A stretch of DNA of 64,000 nucleotides from an uncultured Gemmatimonadales bacterium (GCA_963793305.1 CAWBZV010000003.1:576001-640000); one strand, 5' to 3'; positions 41,412 through 51,258 are shown, numbered from the stretch's first letter. The notes: generated by a model not told the origin, from the sequence alone. Program-made: numbers and translations.

Positions 41412-42397
41412 GAGCGCTCGTCACCGGCGCGACGGGATTCGTTGGAGCGGCAGTCGCTCGCCGACTCCTCGCGAGCGGACACACCGTGCGCGTGCTGGCG
41501 CGGCCGCACGCCGATCGCCGCAATCTCCAACACCTCGACGTCGAGGTAGTTGCGGGAGATCTCGCGGACGCCCAGTCGGTCGAGAATGCGGTCAAAGGCT
41601 GTCAGGCGGTATTTCACGTCGCAGCCGATTATCGGCTGTGGGTGCCCGACCCGCGTTCGATGTACGCGACCAACGTCGACGGAACGCGTGCGGTATTGCA
41701 GGCAGCCATGAAGAGTGGAGTCGACCGTATCGTCTATACGAGTAGCGTCGCGACGCTGGGCTACGGCTCCAACGGCCATCCCGCCGACGAAGACACGCCG
41801 TCGACGCTCGACGACATGATCGGCCACTATAAGCGGTCCAAGTTCCTGGCCGAAGAAGTCGCGCGCGAGATGGCCGCCGCGGGCGCGCCAGTCGTCATCG
41901 TCAATCCTTCGACACCTGTCGGTCCCGGTGACGTCAAACCGACACCTACCGGCCGACTCATCCGCGATGCGATCAACGGCCGGGTGCCGGCCTACGTCGA
42001 TACCGGTCTCAATGTCGTGCACGTCGACAACGTCGCGGCCGGCCATCTCCTTGCGTACGAAAAAGGCGTCATCGGCCGCCGGTACGTCTTAGGCGGAACG
42101 GACATGACGCTGCGCGAGATCTTGACCGAGTTGGCGCTCGTGTCCGGTCGCCGGCCGCCACGGTGGCGGTTATCGCACCGGGCGGTTCTGCCGATTGCGT
42201 ATATCGCCGAAGGCTGGGCGCATGTGAGTGGTCGGGAACCGCTGGCCACGGTCGACGGTGTGCGATTATCGGCGAAGTCTATGTATTTTTCGAGTGCGCG
42301 GGCCGTGCGCGACCTGGGCTATGCGCCGGGCGATGCGCGGGCGGCGCTCAAAGCCGCGGCAGAGTGGTTTCGACGAGGGGCAGGCGTATGGACTTGA
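41408..42397 (+). CDS. hpnA: Hopanoid-associated NAD-dependent epimerase HpnA
   Basis: TGATGFVG, HVAADYRLW, YKRSK, DVKPTPTG. Confidence 0.92.
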   Translation: MRALVTGATGFVGAAVARRLLASGHTVRVLARPHADRRNLQHLDVEVVAGDLADAQSVENAVKGCQAVFHVAADYRLWVPDPRSMYATNVDGTRAVLQAAMKSGVDRIVYTSSVATLGYGSNGHPADEDTPSTLDDMIGHYKRSKFLAEEVAREMAAAGAPVVIVNPSTPVGPGDVKPTPTGRLIRDAINGRVPAYVDTGLNVVHVDNVAAGHLLAYEKGVIGRRYVLGGTDMTLREILTELALVSGRRPPRWRLSHRAVLPIAYIAEGWAHVSGREPLATVDGVRLSAKSMYFSSARAVRDLGYAPGDARAALKAAAEWFRRGAGVWT

Positions 42398-43323
42398 TAT
42401 TAGCGCAGCCCCGCGGCTTCTGTGCCGGCGTGGTCCGCGCGATAGAGATCGTGGAGCGGACGCTCGAAGTGCACGGGTCGCCCGTCTACGTGCTCCACGA
42501 GATCGTGCACAATCGGCGCGTGGTCGAGGATCTGGAGCAGCGGGGCGCGATCTTCGTCGAAGACCTGAACGACGTACCGGCGGGCTCCGTGCTGATCTTC
42601 AGCGCGCACGGCGTGGGGCGCAAAGTCGAAGACGACGCCGCCACTCGTGGCCTTCGGGTTCTCGATGCGACCTGCCCTCTCGTTACCAAAGTTCACCTAC
42701 AGGCCCAACGCTACGCCCGCGACGGCCGTGAGCTCATCATCGTCGGCCATGCGGGACACGTCGAGGTCTCCGGGACCCTGGGCCAGGTCGAACGGGCGCA
42801 CGTGCTGTGCACGGTCGAAGAGGTCGATCGGCTGGAAGTTGCCGATCCGGATCAGCTCGCTTACGTCACGCAGACTACGCTCAGCCTTGATGATACGAGG
42901 GAAGTGGTCGACGCCCTCAAGGCCAGGTTTCCGACCATCAAGGGACCTGGGCTGGACGATATCTGCTATGCCACGCAGAACCGGCAAAATGCCGTCAAAG
43001 AGCTGAGCGCTACGGCGAATGTTCTGCTTGTGGTCGGGGCCAGGAACAGTTCCAATTCCAACCGGCTTCGTGAAGTCGGCGCCCACCTCGGGGTGCCGTC
43101 ATATTTGATCGAGGGCGCCAAGGACATCGATCCGGCGTGGCTGCCGTCCAACGGTGGAAAGGTGGCGATCACAGCCGGGGCATCGACGCCCGAGGTGCTC
43201 GTGGACCAGGTGATCGAGCGGTTGCGCTCGATGGGAATCGGGTCGATCTCGACGATCGACGGCGTGAAAGAGACGACGACTTTTCGGTTGCCAGCCGAAT
43301 TGATTGATATGGAGATCGCGTGA
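42388..43323 (+). CDS. ispH: 4-hydroxy-3-methylbut-2-enyl diphosphate reductase
   Basis: PRGFCAGV, DATCPLV, ICYATQNRQ, SSNS, TAGASTP. Confidence 0.96.
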   Translation: MDLILAQPRGFCAGVVRAIEIVERTLEVHGSPVYVLHEIVHNRRVVEDLEQRGAIFVEDLNDVPAGSVLIFSAHGVGRKVEDDAATRGLRVLDATCPLVTKVHLQAQRYARDGRELIIVGHAGHVEVSGTLGQVERAHVLCTVEEVDRLEVADPDQLAYVTQTTLSLDDTREVVDALKARFPTIKGPGLDDICYATQNRQNAVKELSATANVLLVVGARNSSNSNRLREVGAHLGVPSYLIEGAKDIDPAWLPSNGGKVAITAGASTPEVLVDQVIERLRSMGIGSISTIDGVKETTTFRLPAELIDMEIA

Positions 43324-43324
43324 T

Positions 43325-44425
43325 ATGGGAATTCCATTTGCGGCGCAAGCGCGCATTGCACGATACGTCGTGGGCAAGAAGCTCAAGGGCGAGAAGCGAT
43401 TCCCCCTCGTGCTCATGCTCGAACCGCTGTTTCAGTGCAATCTCGAGTGCAGTGGGTGCGGCAAGATCGCGTACTCGAACGATATTCTGCGCCAACGACT
43501 GACCGTCCAAGAATGCTTGGACGCCGTCGATGAGTGCGGCGCGCCAGTAGTCGCGATTCCCGGCGGTGAGCCGCTCATTCACAAGGACATGCCGGAGATC
43601 GTGAACAAGATTCTGGCGAAGGGGAAATTGGTCTCCCTGTGCACCAACGCCATCTTGCTCGCCAAGCGCCTTGACGAATTTACGCCGTCGCCGTTCTTGA
43701 TGTTCTCCGTGCACTTGGACGGGTTGCAGGAGCGCCACGACGCGTCCGTCTGCCGCGACGGGGTATTCGACAAGGCCGTGACGGCGATTCGGTTGGCCCG
43801 TCGTCGCGGATTCCGCGTCTCGATCAATTGCACGCTGTTCCAGGGCGAGGATCCGGACAAAGTCGCGCAGTTCCTGGATTTCGTCACGGACGATCTGGGC
43901 GTCGAGGGCATTACGCTGTCGCCCGGATACAGCTACGAGAAAGCGCCTCGCCATGACGTCTTCCTCGGGCGCAACGAGAGCAAGAAGCTGTTCCGCGAGA
44001 TCTTCAAGCGCGGCCAGGGCCGGAAGAAGGGCTGGCCGATGACCGACTCCACACTCTTCCTCGATTTCCTCGCGGGCAATCAGCCGTACGAGTGCACGCC
44101 GTGGAGCACGCCGACGCGCAACGTGTTCGGCTGGCAGAAGCCGTGCTATCTCCTCGTCAACGAGGGCTACGCGCCGTCGTTCAAGGCCCTCATGGACGAC
44201 ACGGACTGGGACAACTACGGCACGGGCAAGAATCCCAAGTGCGACAACTGCATGGCGCACTGCGGGTACGAGGGATCGGCGGTTGACGATGTCTTCGCGC
44301 ATCCAGTCAAAGCGATGCTCGTCTCGCTGCGCGGCCCGCGCACCGAGGGGCCGTTCGCGCCCGATCCCGAGATCAAGTACAAGCAAACCGGTCGTCAGCC
44401 GCTCCCGGTCAGAAAATCGAGCTGA
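43325..44425 (+). CDS. hpnH: Adenosyl-hopene transferase HpnH (radical SAM)
   Basis: LMLEPLFQCNLECSGCGK, CDNCMAHCGYE. Confidence 0.94.
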   Translation: MGIPFAAQARIARYVVGKKLKGEKRFPLVLMLEPLFQCNLECSGCGKIAYSNDILRQRLTVQECLDAVDECGAPVVAIPGGEPLIHKDMPEIVNKILAKGKLVSLCTNAILLAKRLDEFTPSPFLMFSVHLDGLQERHDASVCRDGVFDKAVTAIRLARRRGFRVSINCTLFQGEDPDKVAQFLDFVTDDLGVEGITLSPGYSYEKAPRHDVFLGRNESKKLFREIFKRGQGRKKGWPMTDSTLFLDFLAGNQPYECTPWSTPTRNVFGWQKPCYLLVNEGYAPSFKALMDDTDWDNYGTGKNPKCDNCMAHCGYEGSAVDDVFAHPVKAMLVSLRGPRTEGPFAPDPEIKYKQTGRQPLPVRKSS

Positions 44426-45501
44426 TCGCTGCCGCGGCCTTCGGGCTCTGGCTGATCGTCCTCCTCGCACCATGGCGCGCGTGGAGTACGGTCGAGCGCT
44501 TGGATGCTGATCCGTCCACGGCGTCTTTGCGCCACGATGATGTAACGGCACTCGTCCCCGCACGCGACGAAGCACCGACGGTCGCTCGCACGGTGGGCGC
44601 GCTCATGGCGCAAGGTGTCGGACGAGTTGTCGTCATTGATGACGGGTCGTCCGACGACACCGCGACCCGCGCGCAGCACGCTGGTGCGGAGGTCATCTCC
44701 GGCGAACCGTTACCCGCCGGATGGGTTGGCAAGCTGTGGGCGCTGGAGCAGGGCCGCCGCACGGTATCGACGCCGTTGACGCTCCTCGTCGACGCGGACA
44801 TTGAGCTCGCACCCGGCACCGTGTCGGCACTGCGTCAACGCCAGCGCGAAGGCTTTGCCTTGGTGTCCCTGATGGCCGTGCTGGAGATGGAATCCGCGTG
44901 GGAAAAATTGTTGATTCCCGCGTTCGTCTACTTCTTCAAGCTGTTGTACCCGTTTCGTCTATCGAATAGTCGCGGCACGATCGTGGCGGCCGCGGCCGGT
45001 GGCTGCGTGCTCATCGAGACCGCCAGACTGGAGTTCGCCTCATTCCGTAGCGCGATCATCGATGACTGCGCCCTGGCGAGGTCGGTGAAACGAGGCGGCG
45101 GACGAACGTGGCTCGGCCTCACGCACTCGGCCTTGAGCCAGCGTGCCATGCATGGCCTCAAGCCGATATGGTCAATGGTCGCGCGCTCGGCGTTCGCCCA
45201 GCTCAAGTACTCGACGCTATTGCTCCTCGCCTGTATCGCGATGCTGGTTCTGGCCTTCTGGGTTCCAGTCCTCGGCGTATTCGACCCGCATACGCGGTGG
45301 ACCGCATGCGCGGCGTTGGCCACGATGATGGCCACGTACATCCCGGTCCTGCGTTTCTACGGCCGCTCGCCCGCCTGGGCGCTCGCGCTCCCGCTGGCCG
45401 GAACGCTCTACTTGGCGATGACGATCACCTCAGCCATTCGCGGCTGGGGCGGCGTGCGGTCGAGGTGGAAAGGACGCGACTATCCGTCTTCCGCAATGTA
45501 G
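44422..45501 (+). CDS. hpnB: Hopene-associated glycosyltransferase HpnB-like (probable CTG start)
   Basis: PARDE, DDGSSD, GWVGKLWA, DAD, IDDCAL, WKGR; an N-terminal TM lies upstream of the ORF-track start. Confidence 0.8.
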   Translation: MIAAAAFGLWLIVLLAPWRAWSTVERLDADPSTASLRHDDVTALVPARDEAPTVARTVGALMAQGVGRVVVIDDGSSDDTATRAQHAGAEVISGEPLPAGWVGKLWALEQGRRTVSTPLTLLVDADIELAPGTVSALRQRQREGFALVSLMAVLEMESAWEKLLIPAFVYFFKLLYPFRLSNSRGTIVAAAAGGCVLIETARLEFASFRSAIIDDCALARSVKRGGGRTWLGLTHSALSQRAMHGLKPIWSMVARSAFAQLKYSTLLLLACIAMLVLAFWVPVLGVFDPHTRWTACAALATMMATYIPVLRFYGRSPAWALALPLAGTLYLAMTITSAIRGWGGVRSRWKGRDYPSSAM

Positions 45502-45546
45502 GGAAACATCGTATCATGTGGCCCCAGCAAGACGAGGTCGCTTGAC

Positions 45547-46503
45547 GTGTCCGTGACATTTACGCCGACTGACCTCAAGAGGATGGAATCGGCAGCCGAG
45601 GCGCTGCTGACTCCGCTCGCGCACGAGCGAGTTGATGATTGGCGGCGGACGGTCACGCGGACCATCAAGCGCGCGCTCGATTGCGACGGCGCAATGTTCA
45701 CGCTCGTCCCGGCGATCGAGGCCGGCGCGGATCCGACGTTCAGCGAAGATGGGTTCGCGGCCGCGTTTCCCTTGATACCACCGCCCGCCGACATCCCCGT
45801 CTTCGACGACGATCAGTTCGCCGGTATGCAGGCCATCTGCCGCTCGAGCGAAGGCCTGGGCGTCGTTGTCGTGACGCGCGATCGCGGCGGCGTGCAGCCG
45901 TTCGGCGAGAAAGCACTGGCCATGCTGCGGTTGCTACAGCCCGCGCTCGCGGTGGGCATCGAGATGCGACAGCGCTTCGCGCGGCGGAGGGCCGAGTTCC
46001 TGCGCGTGCTCGATGCGATGCGCGAGGGGCTCATGCTCGTCGAGGCGAGCGGGCGCGTGCTCCACGAGACGCCGGCGATCATGCGGATGCTGATCGATGA
46101 GTGGGAGCGCGATCGCGTCCGGACCGCGATGCTCGCCTGTGCGCGCAGTCTCTCGCAAGCGCGCCGCGCCATTGTCTCGGAGCTGCGCACGGCGCAACAC
46201 CGGTACCGCATCCGCGGCTGCTACGCCGGCGAAGAGCTCGCGGGGTCATCGACCGTGCTCGTGGCCATCGAGCGCGTCGGCCCCGCGCCCACACCGGACG
46301 ACTCGGCCCTCAAGCTCAGGTTTGGCCTGACGCCACGGGAGATCCAGGTCACGCGGCTCCTGGCCGCCGGTCGCCGAAATGATGACGTCGCAGCGTCTTT
46401 GCAGATCAGCCCGCATACGGCCCGCCGACATACCGAGCGCGTGCTCGCCAAGTTGGGGGCCTCCTCCCGCGCGGCCGTCGGGGCACTGCTCCGGGGCGCC
46501 TAG
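45547..46503 (+). CDS. LuxR-type HTH regulator
   Basis: C-terminal GLTPREIQV...LQISPHTARRHTERVLAKLG. Confidence 0.85.
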   Translation: MSVTFTPTDLKRMESAAEALLTPLAHERVDDWRRTVTRTIKRALDCDGAMFTLVPAIEAGADPTFSEDGFAAAFPLIPPPADIPVFDDDQFAGMQAICRSSEGLGVVVVTRDRGGVQPFGEKALAMLRLLQPALAVGIEMRQRFARRRAEFLRVLDAMREGLMLVEASGRVLHETPAIMRMLIDEWERDRVRTAMLACARSLSQARRAIVSELRTAQHRYRIRGCYAGEELAGSSTVLVAIERVGPAPTPDDSALKLRFGLTPREIQVTRLLAAGRRNDDVAASLQISPHTARRHTERVLAKLGASSRAAVGALLRGA

Positions 46504-46570
46504 CGAGGCGTAGACGAGCGTAGTCCAACCGACCAGAATTCGAGCAGCGCGAAGCGCATGCGTCGAATTT
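46504..46570 (+). repeat. REP-like repeat, copy 2, flanked by CCTAG direct repeats
   Basis: GTCCAACCGACCAGAATTCGAGCAGCGCGAAGCGCATGCGTCGAATT; CCTAG at 46499 and 46571. Confidence 0.8.
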
Positions 46571-46629
46571 CCTAGTTTGAGAGCAAGGTTTTGGTCGTTC
46601 CGGTGCGCCGGAGTGGTGATCTTCGTTCC

Positions 46630-47676
46630 ATGATCAAACCAACCCAGATGACCAATGACGAGCGGTGGACCGCGTTTGCGACCCGGGACCGCTCCTTCGA
46701 CGGTGCGTTTGTCATGGCCGTGCGGACGACGGGCGTCTATTGCCGCCCGAGCTGTCCGGCGCGGCGACCGCACCGGCACAATACCCAGTTCTTCGACACG
46801 CCGACCGAGGCCGAGCAGGCGGGCTTCCGGCCGTGTCGGCGCTGCCGGCCGCACGCGGCCGATGGCGCGCCCATCGAGCGCAGCGTCCAGGCCGCGCGCG
46901 AGTATCTCGATGCGAGAGTCGGCCAGCGCGTCCCGCTGGCCCGGCTCGGAAAGGCCGTGGGCTTGAGCCCGTGGCACGTCCAGCGCGCGTTCACGCGGCT
47001 GGTCGGCGTTTCGCCAAAGGCGTACCAGGAAGCGCGGCAGCGAGAGCGCTTCAAGAGCGATCTGCGCAAGGGCGCGAGTGTGGGCCGCGCGACGTATGGC
47101 CGCGAGGCGACGGAGATCGGCATGCGGCCGGGGTCGTATCGGCGTGGCGGGCGTGGCGTGACGATTCGCTATGCGGTCGTGCCGTCGGCGCTCGGGTTCT
47201 TGCTCGTCGGCATGACTGATCGCGGGGTCGCGACGGTGATGCTCGACGACACAGTGCAGGCACTGGAGGCCACGCTTCGCTACGAGTATCCCGAGGCGAC
47301 GCTCGTGCGCGACGAATCGGGTGTCGCGGCGACCGCCATGGCGATCGTCGAGTCTATCGAGCGCGGCAACGGTCTCTCGGCGCTCCCATTGGACCTGCGC
47401 GGAACCGCGTTCCAAATGCGCGTGTGGGCTGCGCTCAGGGAAATTCCGCCGGGCGCGACTCGCACGTACAGCGAAATCGCCCAAGCGATCGGGAGTCCCA
47501 AAGCTGTGCGTGCGGTTGCCGGTGCGTGTGCGGCGAACCCTGCCGCGATCGTCGTGCCGTGTCACCGCGTCGTGCGCACGGACGGCGGGAAAGGTGGTTA
47601 CAAGTGGGGCGTCGAGCGAAAGAACCGGTTGCTCGACCTCGAAGCTACATCGTCATCTCGCCGGGTAAAGGCGTAG
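46630..47676 (+). CDS. ada: Bifunctional Ada regulator / O6-methylguanine-DNA methyltransferase
   Basis: TTGVYCRPSC...FRPCRRC Zn domain, AraC HTH, VPCHRV. Confidence 0.93.
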   Translation: MIKPTQMTNDERWTAFATRDRSFDGAFVMAVRTTGVYCRPSCPARRPHRHNTQFFDTPTEAEQAGFRPCRRCRPHAADGAPIERSVQAAREYLDARVGQRVPLARLGKAVGLSPWHVQRAFTRLVGVSPKAYQEARQRERFKSDLRKGASVGRATYGREATEIGMRPGSYRRGGRGVTIRYAVVPSALGFLLVGMTDRGVATVMLDDTVQALEATLRYEYPEATLVRDESGVAATAMAIVESIERGNGLSALPLDLRGTAFQMRVWAALREIPPGATRTYSEIAQAIGSPKAVRAVAGACAANPAAIVVPCHRVVRTDGGKGGYKWGVERKNRLLDLEATSSSRRVKA

Positions 47677-48541
47677 CGACGAGAATCGCCGTCGCCAACA
47701 ACACGAGCGCGCCGAGGATTAACTCGGCGCGCGCCGAGTTTCGGAGCGCATGTTGCTCTCCGCCGGCGAGTTTCGGGGTAGCCCAGCGCCAGTTGTAGGC
47801 TCCCACCGCTGCTACTCCCGCGACTAGCGCGAGTTTGATACAGAGCGTGCGACCGTAGGTCGAGCCGAGCACGGCGGACCAGGTGCCGATGTGAACGTAG
47901 GCCGCCCAGAGGCCGGTGATGGCGAGCGTGCTCGCCGAGATCAGTGCGACTGGGGAGAAGGCTCGCACACATGCCAGTGCACCTTCATGGCGAGGAAGAA
48001 TCACGACGAGCGCGAATACGAAGAGGGTGCCGAGCCACGTGCTGGCGGCCGCCACATGGAGCGCATCCGCCGCGATGGTCACGACCCGGTGCGACTGATC
48101 GCCCATGGCGTGTCCCGCGAGCGACGGCGTCAACGCCAGTCCCGCCGCGAGTACGAGCGTCACCGGCCAGGCACGCCTGGCGAGCGACCACCACGCGGCC
48201 ACCGCGAGCGCGACCTGCGCGATCCAGATGCGGCCCCATTCTGTGTGCAGCAACATGGCGCCGACGAATGCGCGCTTGTCGTCCATCGTCCCCGTCGGAT
48301 CCACGAGGCTCGCGTACTGATCCCACCCGCGAACCATTGCACCGAGGATCAATAGGACCGCCGCCCATGTCCCAAGGCGCGCCGCGCTTCGCGCGAGCGC
48401 GTCTTTGTCAGCGACTCCCGCGCGGCTCAGCGTTCCGTAATAGAAGGCGACGGCGCCGATAACGGTCGTCAGGCCAATGAAGGTCAGCCAACGGCCAATG
48501 TCGCCAACCAGCGTTCCACTGCTCAGCGTGCCACCGCTCAG
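47645..48541 (-). CDS. copD: CopD-family copper resistance membrane protein (apparent +1 frameshift near 48405; probable CTG start)
   Basis: LAGHA, DALHVAAASTWLG, FSPVA, YGRTLCIKL; N-terminal TM in the adjacent frame. Confidence 0.8.
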   Translation of the reverse strand: MSGGTLSSGTLVGDIGRWLTFIGLTTVIGAVAFYYGTLSRAGVADKDALARSAARLGTWAAVLLILGAMVRGWDQYASLVDPTGTMDDKRAFVGAMLLHTEWGRIWIAQVALAVAAWWSLARRAWPVTLVLAAGLALTPSLAGHAMGDQSHRVVTIAADALHVAAASTWLGTLFVFALVVILPRHEGALACVRAFSPVALISASTLAITGLWAAYVHIGTWSAVLGSTYGRTLCIKLALVAGVAAVGAYNWRWATPKLAGGEQHALRNSARAELILGALVLLATAILVATPLPGEMTM

Positions 48542-48891
48542 TGCGAGACGACGAAGTTGAAACTTCCCGACGACGGATGCCCGTCCATGGCCGTCGAGCG
48601 CCAGGTGACCGTGTAGGCACCCTTCGCGATCTGCCCACGAACGGCGGCGACCAGCGGAGCGTGCGCGCCAGTGTCGACCGCGAGCGGCGCCAACTGCACG
48701 GCGGTGCCCGAGGCAGTCGCGAGTTTGACGGTTGTCACGGCGACCTCAGGCCGCTCGGAGAACCAGAACTTGATCGCCGCGGGCGCCGTCGCGACGGTAT
48801 CGTTCGCGGATGGCTCCGAGCGCAGCAGGTGCAGGTGCGCGGATGTATGCAGCGTCAAAGCAGCCAGCAAATATTGAATAAGAAGCGTCAT
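48538..48891 (-). CDS. copC: CopC-family copper-binding protein
   Basis: HLHLLRSEP...FSERP...YTVTWR...DGHP..G.F.F.V. Confidence 0.88.
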   Translation of the reverse strand: MTLLIQYLLAALTLHTSAHLHLLRSEPSANDTVATAPAAIKFWFSERPEVAVTTVKLATASGTAVQLAPLAVDTGAHAPLVAAVRGQIAKGAYTVTWRSTAMDGHPSSGSFNFVVSH

Positions 48892-48909
48892 GAGTGAACA
48901 GTAATAGAA

Positions 48910-50067
48910 ATGACGAGCGGATCGTATGACGCCGAGGTCGGCGTTGTTGGCGGCGGACCGGCGGGCGCGCGAGTGGCCGAACGTTTGGCGGCGCGGGGTG
49001 TCGACGTCCTGCTCTGGGATCCGCGAGCGCCGTGGGAGAAACCATGCGGCGGTGGGCTCACGGCTGCGCTCACGGATGCCGTGCCGGAGATCGCCGAAGT
49101 GCTCCCGCGGGCGCGGGCGATTGACCACGTGCGCATCACGACGGATCAAGATGTTCCGCCGCTCGAACTCGAGCTGCGCCGGCCGATTCACATCATCGCC
49201 CGCCACACGCTTGGCGCCTGGCAACTCGACCGCGCTCGCACGGCCGGCGCGCACGTGACCGTTGCGGCCGTGCGCGCGCCGGTTCGCGAAGCACAAGGCG
49301 GTTGGTCCGTCTCCGACGCGCGCGTGCGTTTCCTGATCGGAGCCGATGGCGCCGCGAGTACGGTGAGAGCGGCCGCGGCGCCCAGATTGCGCGTTGCGCT
49401 GGAGCCGACCCGATTGGCCTACGTGCCAACCAGCGGCGGCGGCGATCGTGAAATGGTGCTGCGATTCGAGCGCGGGATCGACGGCTACGCCTGGGACTTT
49501 CCGCGCCCGGACCATCGCTCGGTCGGCGCCGTCGCCGCGCCCGGCAGCACCGGTGGCACGCGGGCGCGGCTCGACTCGGCCGTCGCAGCCATCGCCCCAC
49601 CTGGGGGACAGCATGGCGCCGTCGTCGGGTCCGCGCTCTATCCGATGCGCCGCGGATATCCCGAGATCGGCGGCGACGACTTCGCGCTCCTGGGCGACGC
49701 GGCCGGCTTGGCTGATCCGGCCACCGGCGAGGGCATCGCCAACGCCCTCCGCTCGGCTGACTGGGCCGCTGAGATTTTTCTGCGCGACCGATCGTTTCGT
49801 CGGTATGGCGCGCTCGTCGCGGCACGGCTCGGCGCCGAGCTCCGGGACGCGCGATGGTTGAGGTACCTGTTGTATACACGTGGGTACGCCGTGCGACTCG
49901 TGGTTGGCGCACGCGGGCGACCCAGTTTCTTACGGATCAGCGAGGCGCTGATCAACGGCGCGAACGAGCATCGGTCGTTCGCCTGGCAAGTCGTGCACGC
50001 GCTGCTGGCCGCGGCGCTGGGACGGCGTAAATTCGGATTAACTCCAAACGGAGGCAGCGCGAGATGA
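48910..50067 (+). CDS. FAD-dependent oxidoreductase, geranylgeranyl-reductase family
   Basis: VGGGPAG, KPCGGG, GADG, GDAAGLADPATGEGI. Confidence 0.85.
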   Translation: MTSGSYDAEVGVVGGGPAGARVAERLAARGVDVLLWDPRAPWEKPCGGGLTAALTDAVPEIAEVLPRARAIDHVRITTDQDVPPLELELRRPIHIIARHTLGAWQLDRARTAGAHVTVAAVRAPVREAQGGWSVSDARVRFLIGADGAASTVRAAAAPRLRVALEPTRLAYVPTSGGGDREMVLRFERGIDGYAWDFPRPDHRSVGAVAAPGSTGGTRARLDSAVAAIAPPGGQHGAVVGSALYPMRRGYPEIGGDDFALLGDAAGLADPATGEGIANALRSADWAAEIFLRDRSFRRYGALVAARLGAELRDARWLRYLLYTRGYAVRLVVGARGRPSFLRISEALINGANEHRSFAWQVVHALLAAALGRRKFGLTPNGGSAR

Positions 50068-50708
50068 GACCTGTGGCGGTGCTCTTGAGCCTCGTCGTGG
50101 CATCCACGGCCGGCGCCCAGGGAAGCTTCGAAGGCGTCGTGACCTATCAGATGGGAAATTCTGGTGACACGTGGCAGTACTCGGCCAAGGGCGGCAAAGT
50201 GCGCATCGACATGAGCAGCGCCCGCATGCCGGGCGGCGTCAGTGCCGTCATGGACATGGGCGCCATGACGACGACAGTCCTCATGACCCAGCAGCACATG
50301 TATATGACGATGCCGATTCCGCAGTCCGCGACCCTCCCCGACTCGGTACACGGCAGCGTCACCAAGACCGGTTCCGAGGTGATCGCCGGCGTGCCGTGCG
50401 ATGACTACGTCGGCACCGACGCCAAGGGCGCGAAGCAAGCGACGGTATGCCTGGCGCACGGCATGGGAAACTTCGTGCAGTTCGGGGCGAACAATCCCAT
50501 GATGCGGCAATACGCATCGCGCGTCTCGGGGTTTTCCGGCGCCATGAAGGGCGGCGGCTTCCCCCTCAAGATCACGAAGGAGGATGGCCAGACCACGATG
50601 ATCGCGACAAAGATCGAGAAGAAGTCGCTCGACGAGTCGCTGTTCTCGGTGCCCGCCGGATACACGCAGATGCAAATGCCCGCCGGAATGCCGGCCCCCC
50701 AGCACTAA
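50064..50708 (+). CDS. Exported protein, DUF4412-like
   Basis: Signal peptide; FEGVVTY, KTGSEVIAGVPC, LFSVPAGY. Confidence 0.75.
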   Translation: MRPVAVLLSLVVASTAGAQGSFEGVVTYQMGNSGDTWQYSAKGGKVRIDMSSARMPGGVSAVMDMGAMTTTVLMTQQHMYMTMPIPQSATLPDSVHGSVTKTGSEVIAGVPCDDYVGTDAKGAKQATVCLAHGMGNFVQFGANNPMMRQYASRVSGFSGAMKGGGFPLKITKEDGQTTMIATKIEKKSLDESLFSVPAGYTQMQMPAGMPAPQH

Positions 50709-50726
50709 CCTTGCACCCGTCGCTTT

Positions 50727-50794
50727 GCTGCGAGGGCAAACCCCTTCGGGCTTTCCCCTCGCAGCGAGCTGGCCCTATGCGTGCATAGGGCCAG
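50727..50794. repeat. Two adjacent intergenic hairpins (REP-like or terminator-like)
   Basis: GCTGCGAGGG...CCCTCGCAGC (50727-50765) and CTGGCCCTATGC-GT-GCATAGGGCCAG (50769-50794); no U-tract. Confidence 0.55.
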
Positions 50795-50815
50795 GTTGGA
50801 TAAGGGAGGATTCCA

Positions 50816-51142
50816 ATGCGACGGCTGCTTTTTATCGTTGCGCTGCTTGAGTTTACGGTCATAGCGAACTCGGCCGTAGCGCAGGATAGCACCAGACGAG
50901 ACACGACCCGGGATAGCACCCGGCAGGACTCCGCCCGGCAACGGCTACACAAGAGGGTGCAGGTAACGTCCCCGGGCGCGATCGATACGGCCAAAATTCG
51001 CGCTCCGTCTCGCCGCGACTCTTCGCTCGTCCGCCACGAGATGCGACGCGACTCGGCGTCAGCTGGCGCCGACACGGTGGCTAAACCGGCGAAAACTCCG
51101 CCAGACTCACAGCCTCCGAAAAAACCGTCATCCCCGCATTAG
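50816..51142 (+). CDS. Small exported low-complexity protein
   Basis: GGAGG RBS, signal peptide, DSTR/DTTR repeats. Confidence 0.6.
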   Translation: MRRLLFIVALLEFTVIANSAVAQDSTRRDTTRDSTRQDSARQRLHKRVQVTSPGAIDTAKIRAPSRRDSSLVRHEMRRDSASAGADTVAKPAKTPPDSQPPKKPSSPH

Positions 51143-51143
51143 A

Positions 51144-51221
51144 AGCTCGCTAGAGCGAGCTTGGTCCAACCGACCAGTCGAGCAGCGCGAAGCGCGGCCT
51201 CGACGCGCGGCGGAGCCGCGC
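51144..51221 (+). repeat. REP-like repeat, copy 3
   Basis: AGCTCGC-TAGA-GCGAGCT, TGGTC-CAACC-GACCA, GTCGAG...GCGCGAAGCGC...CTCGAC, GCGCGGC-GGA-GCCGCGC. Confidence 0.85.
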
Positions 51222-51258
51222 TAGTTGCTCTCTCGGGCTGCGGCCCACAGGTTGAGAT

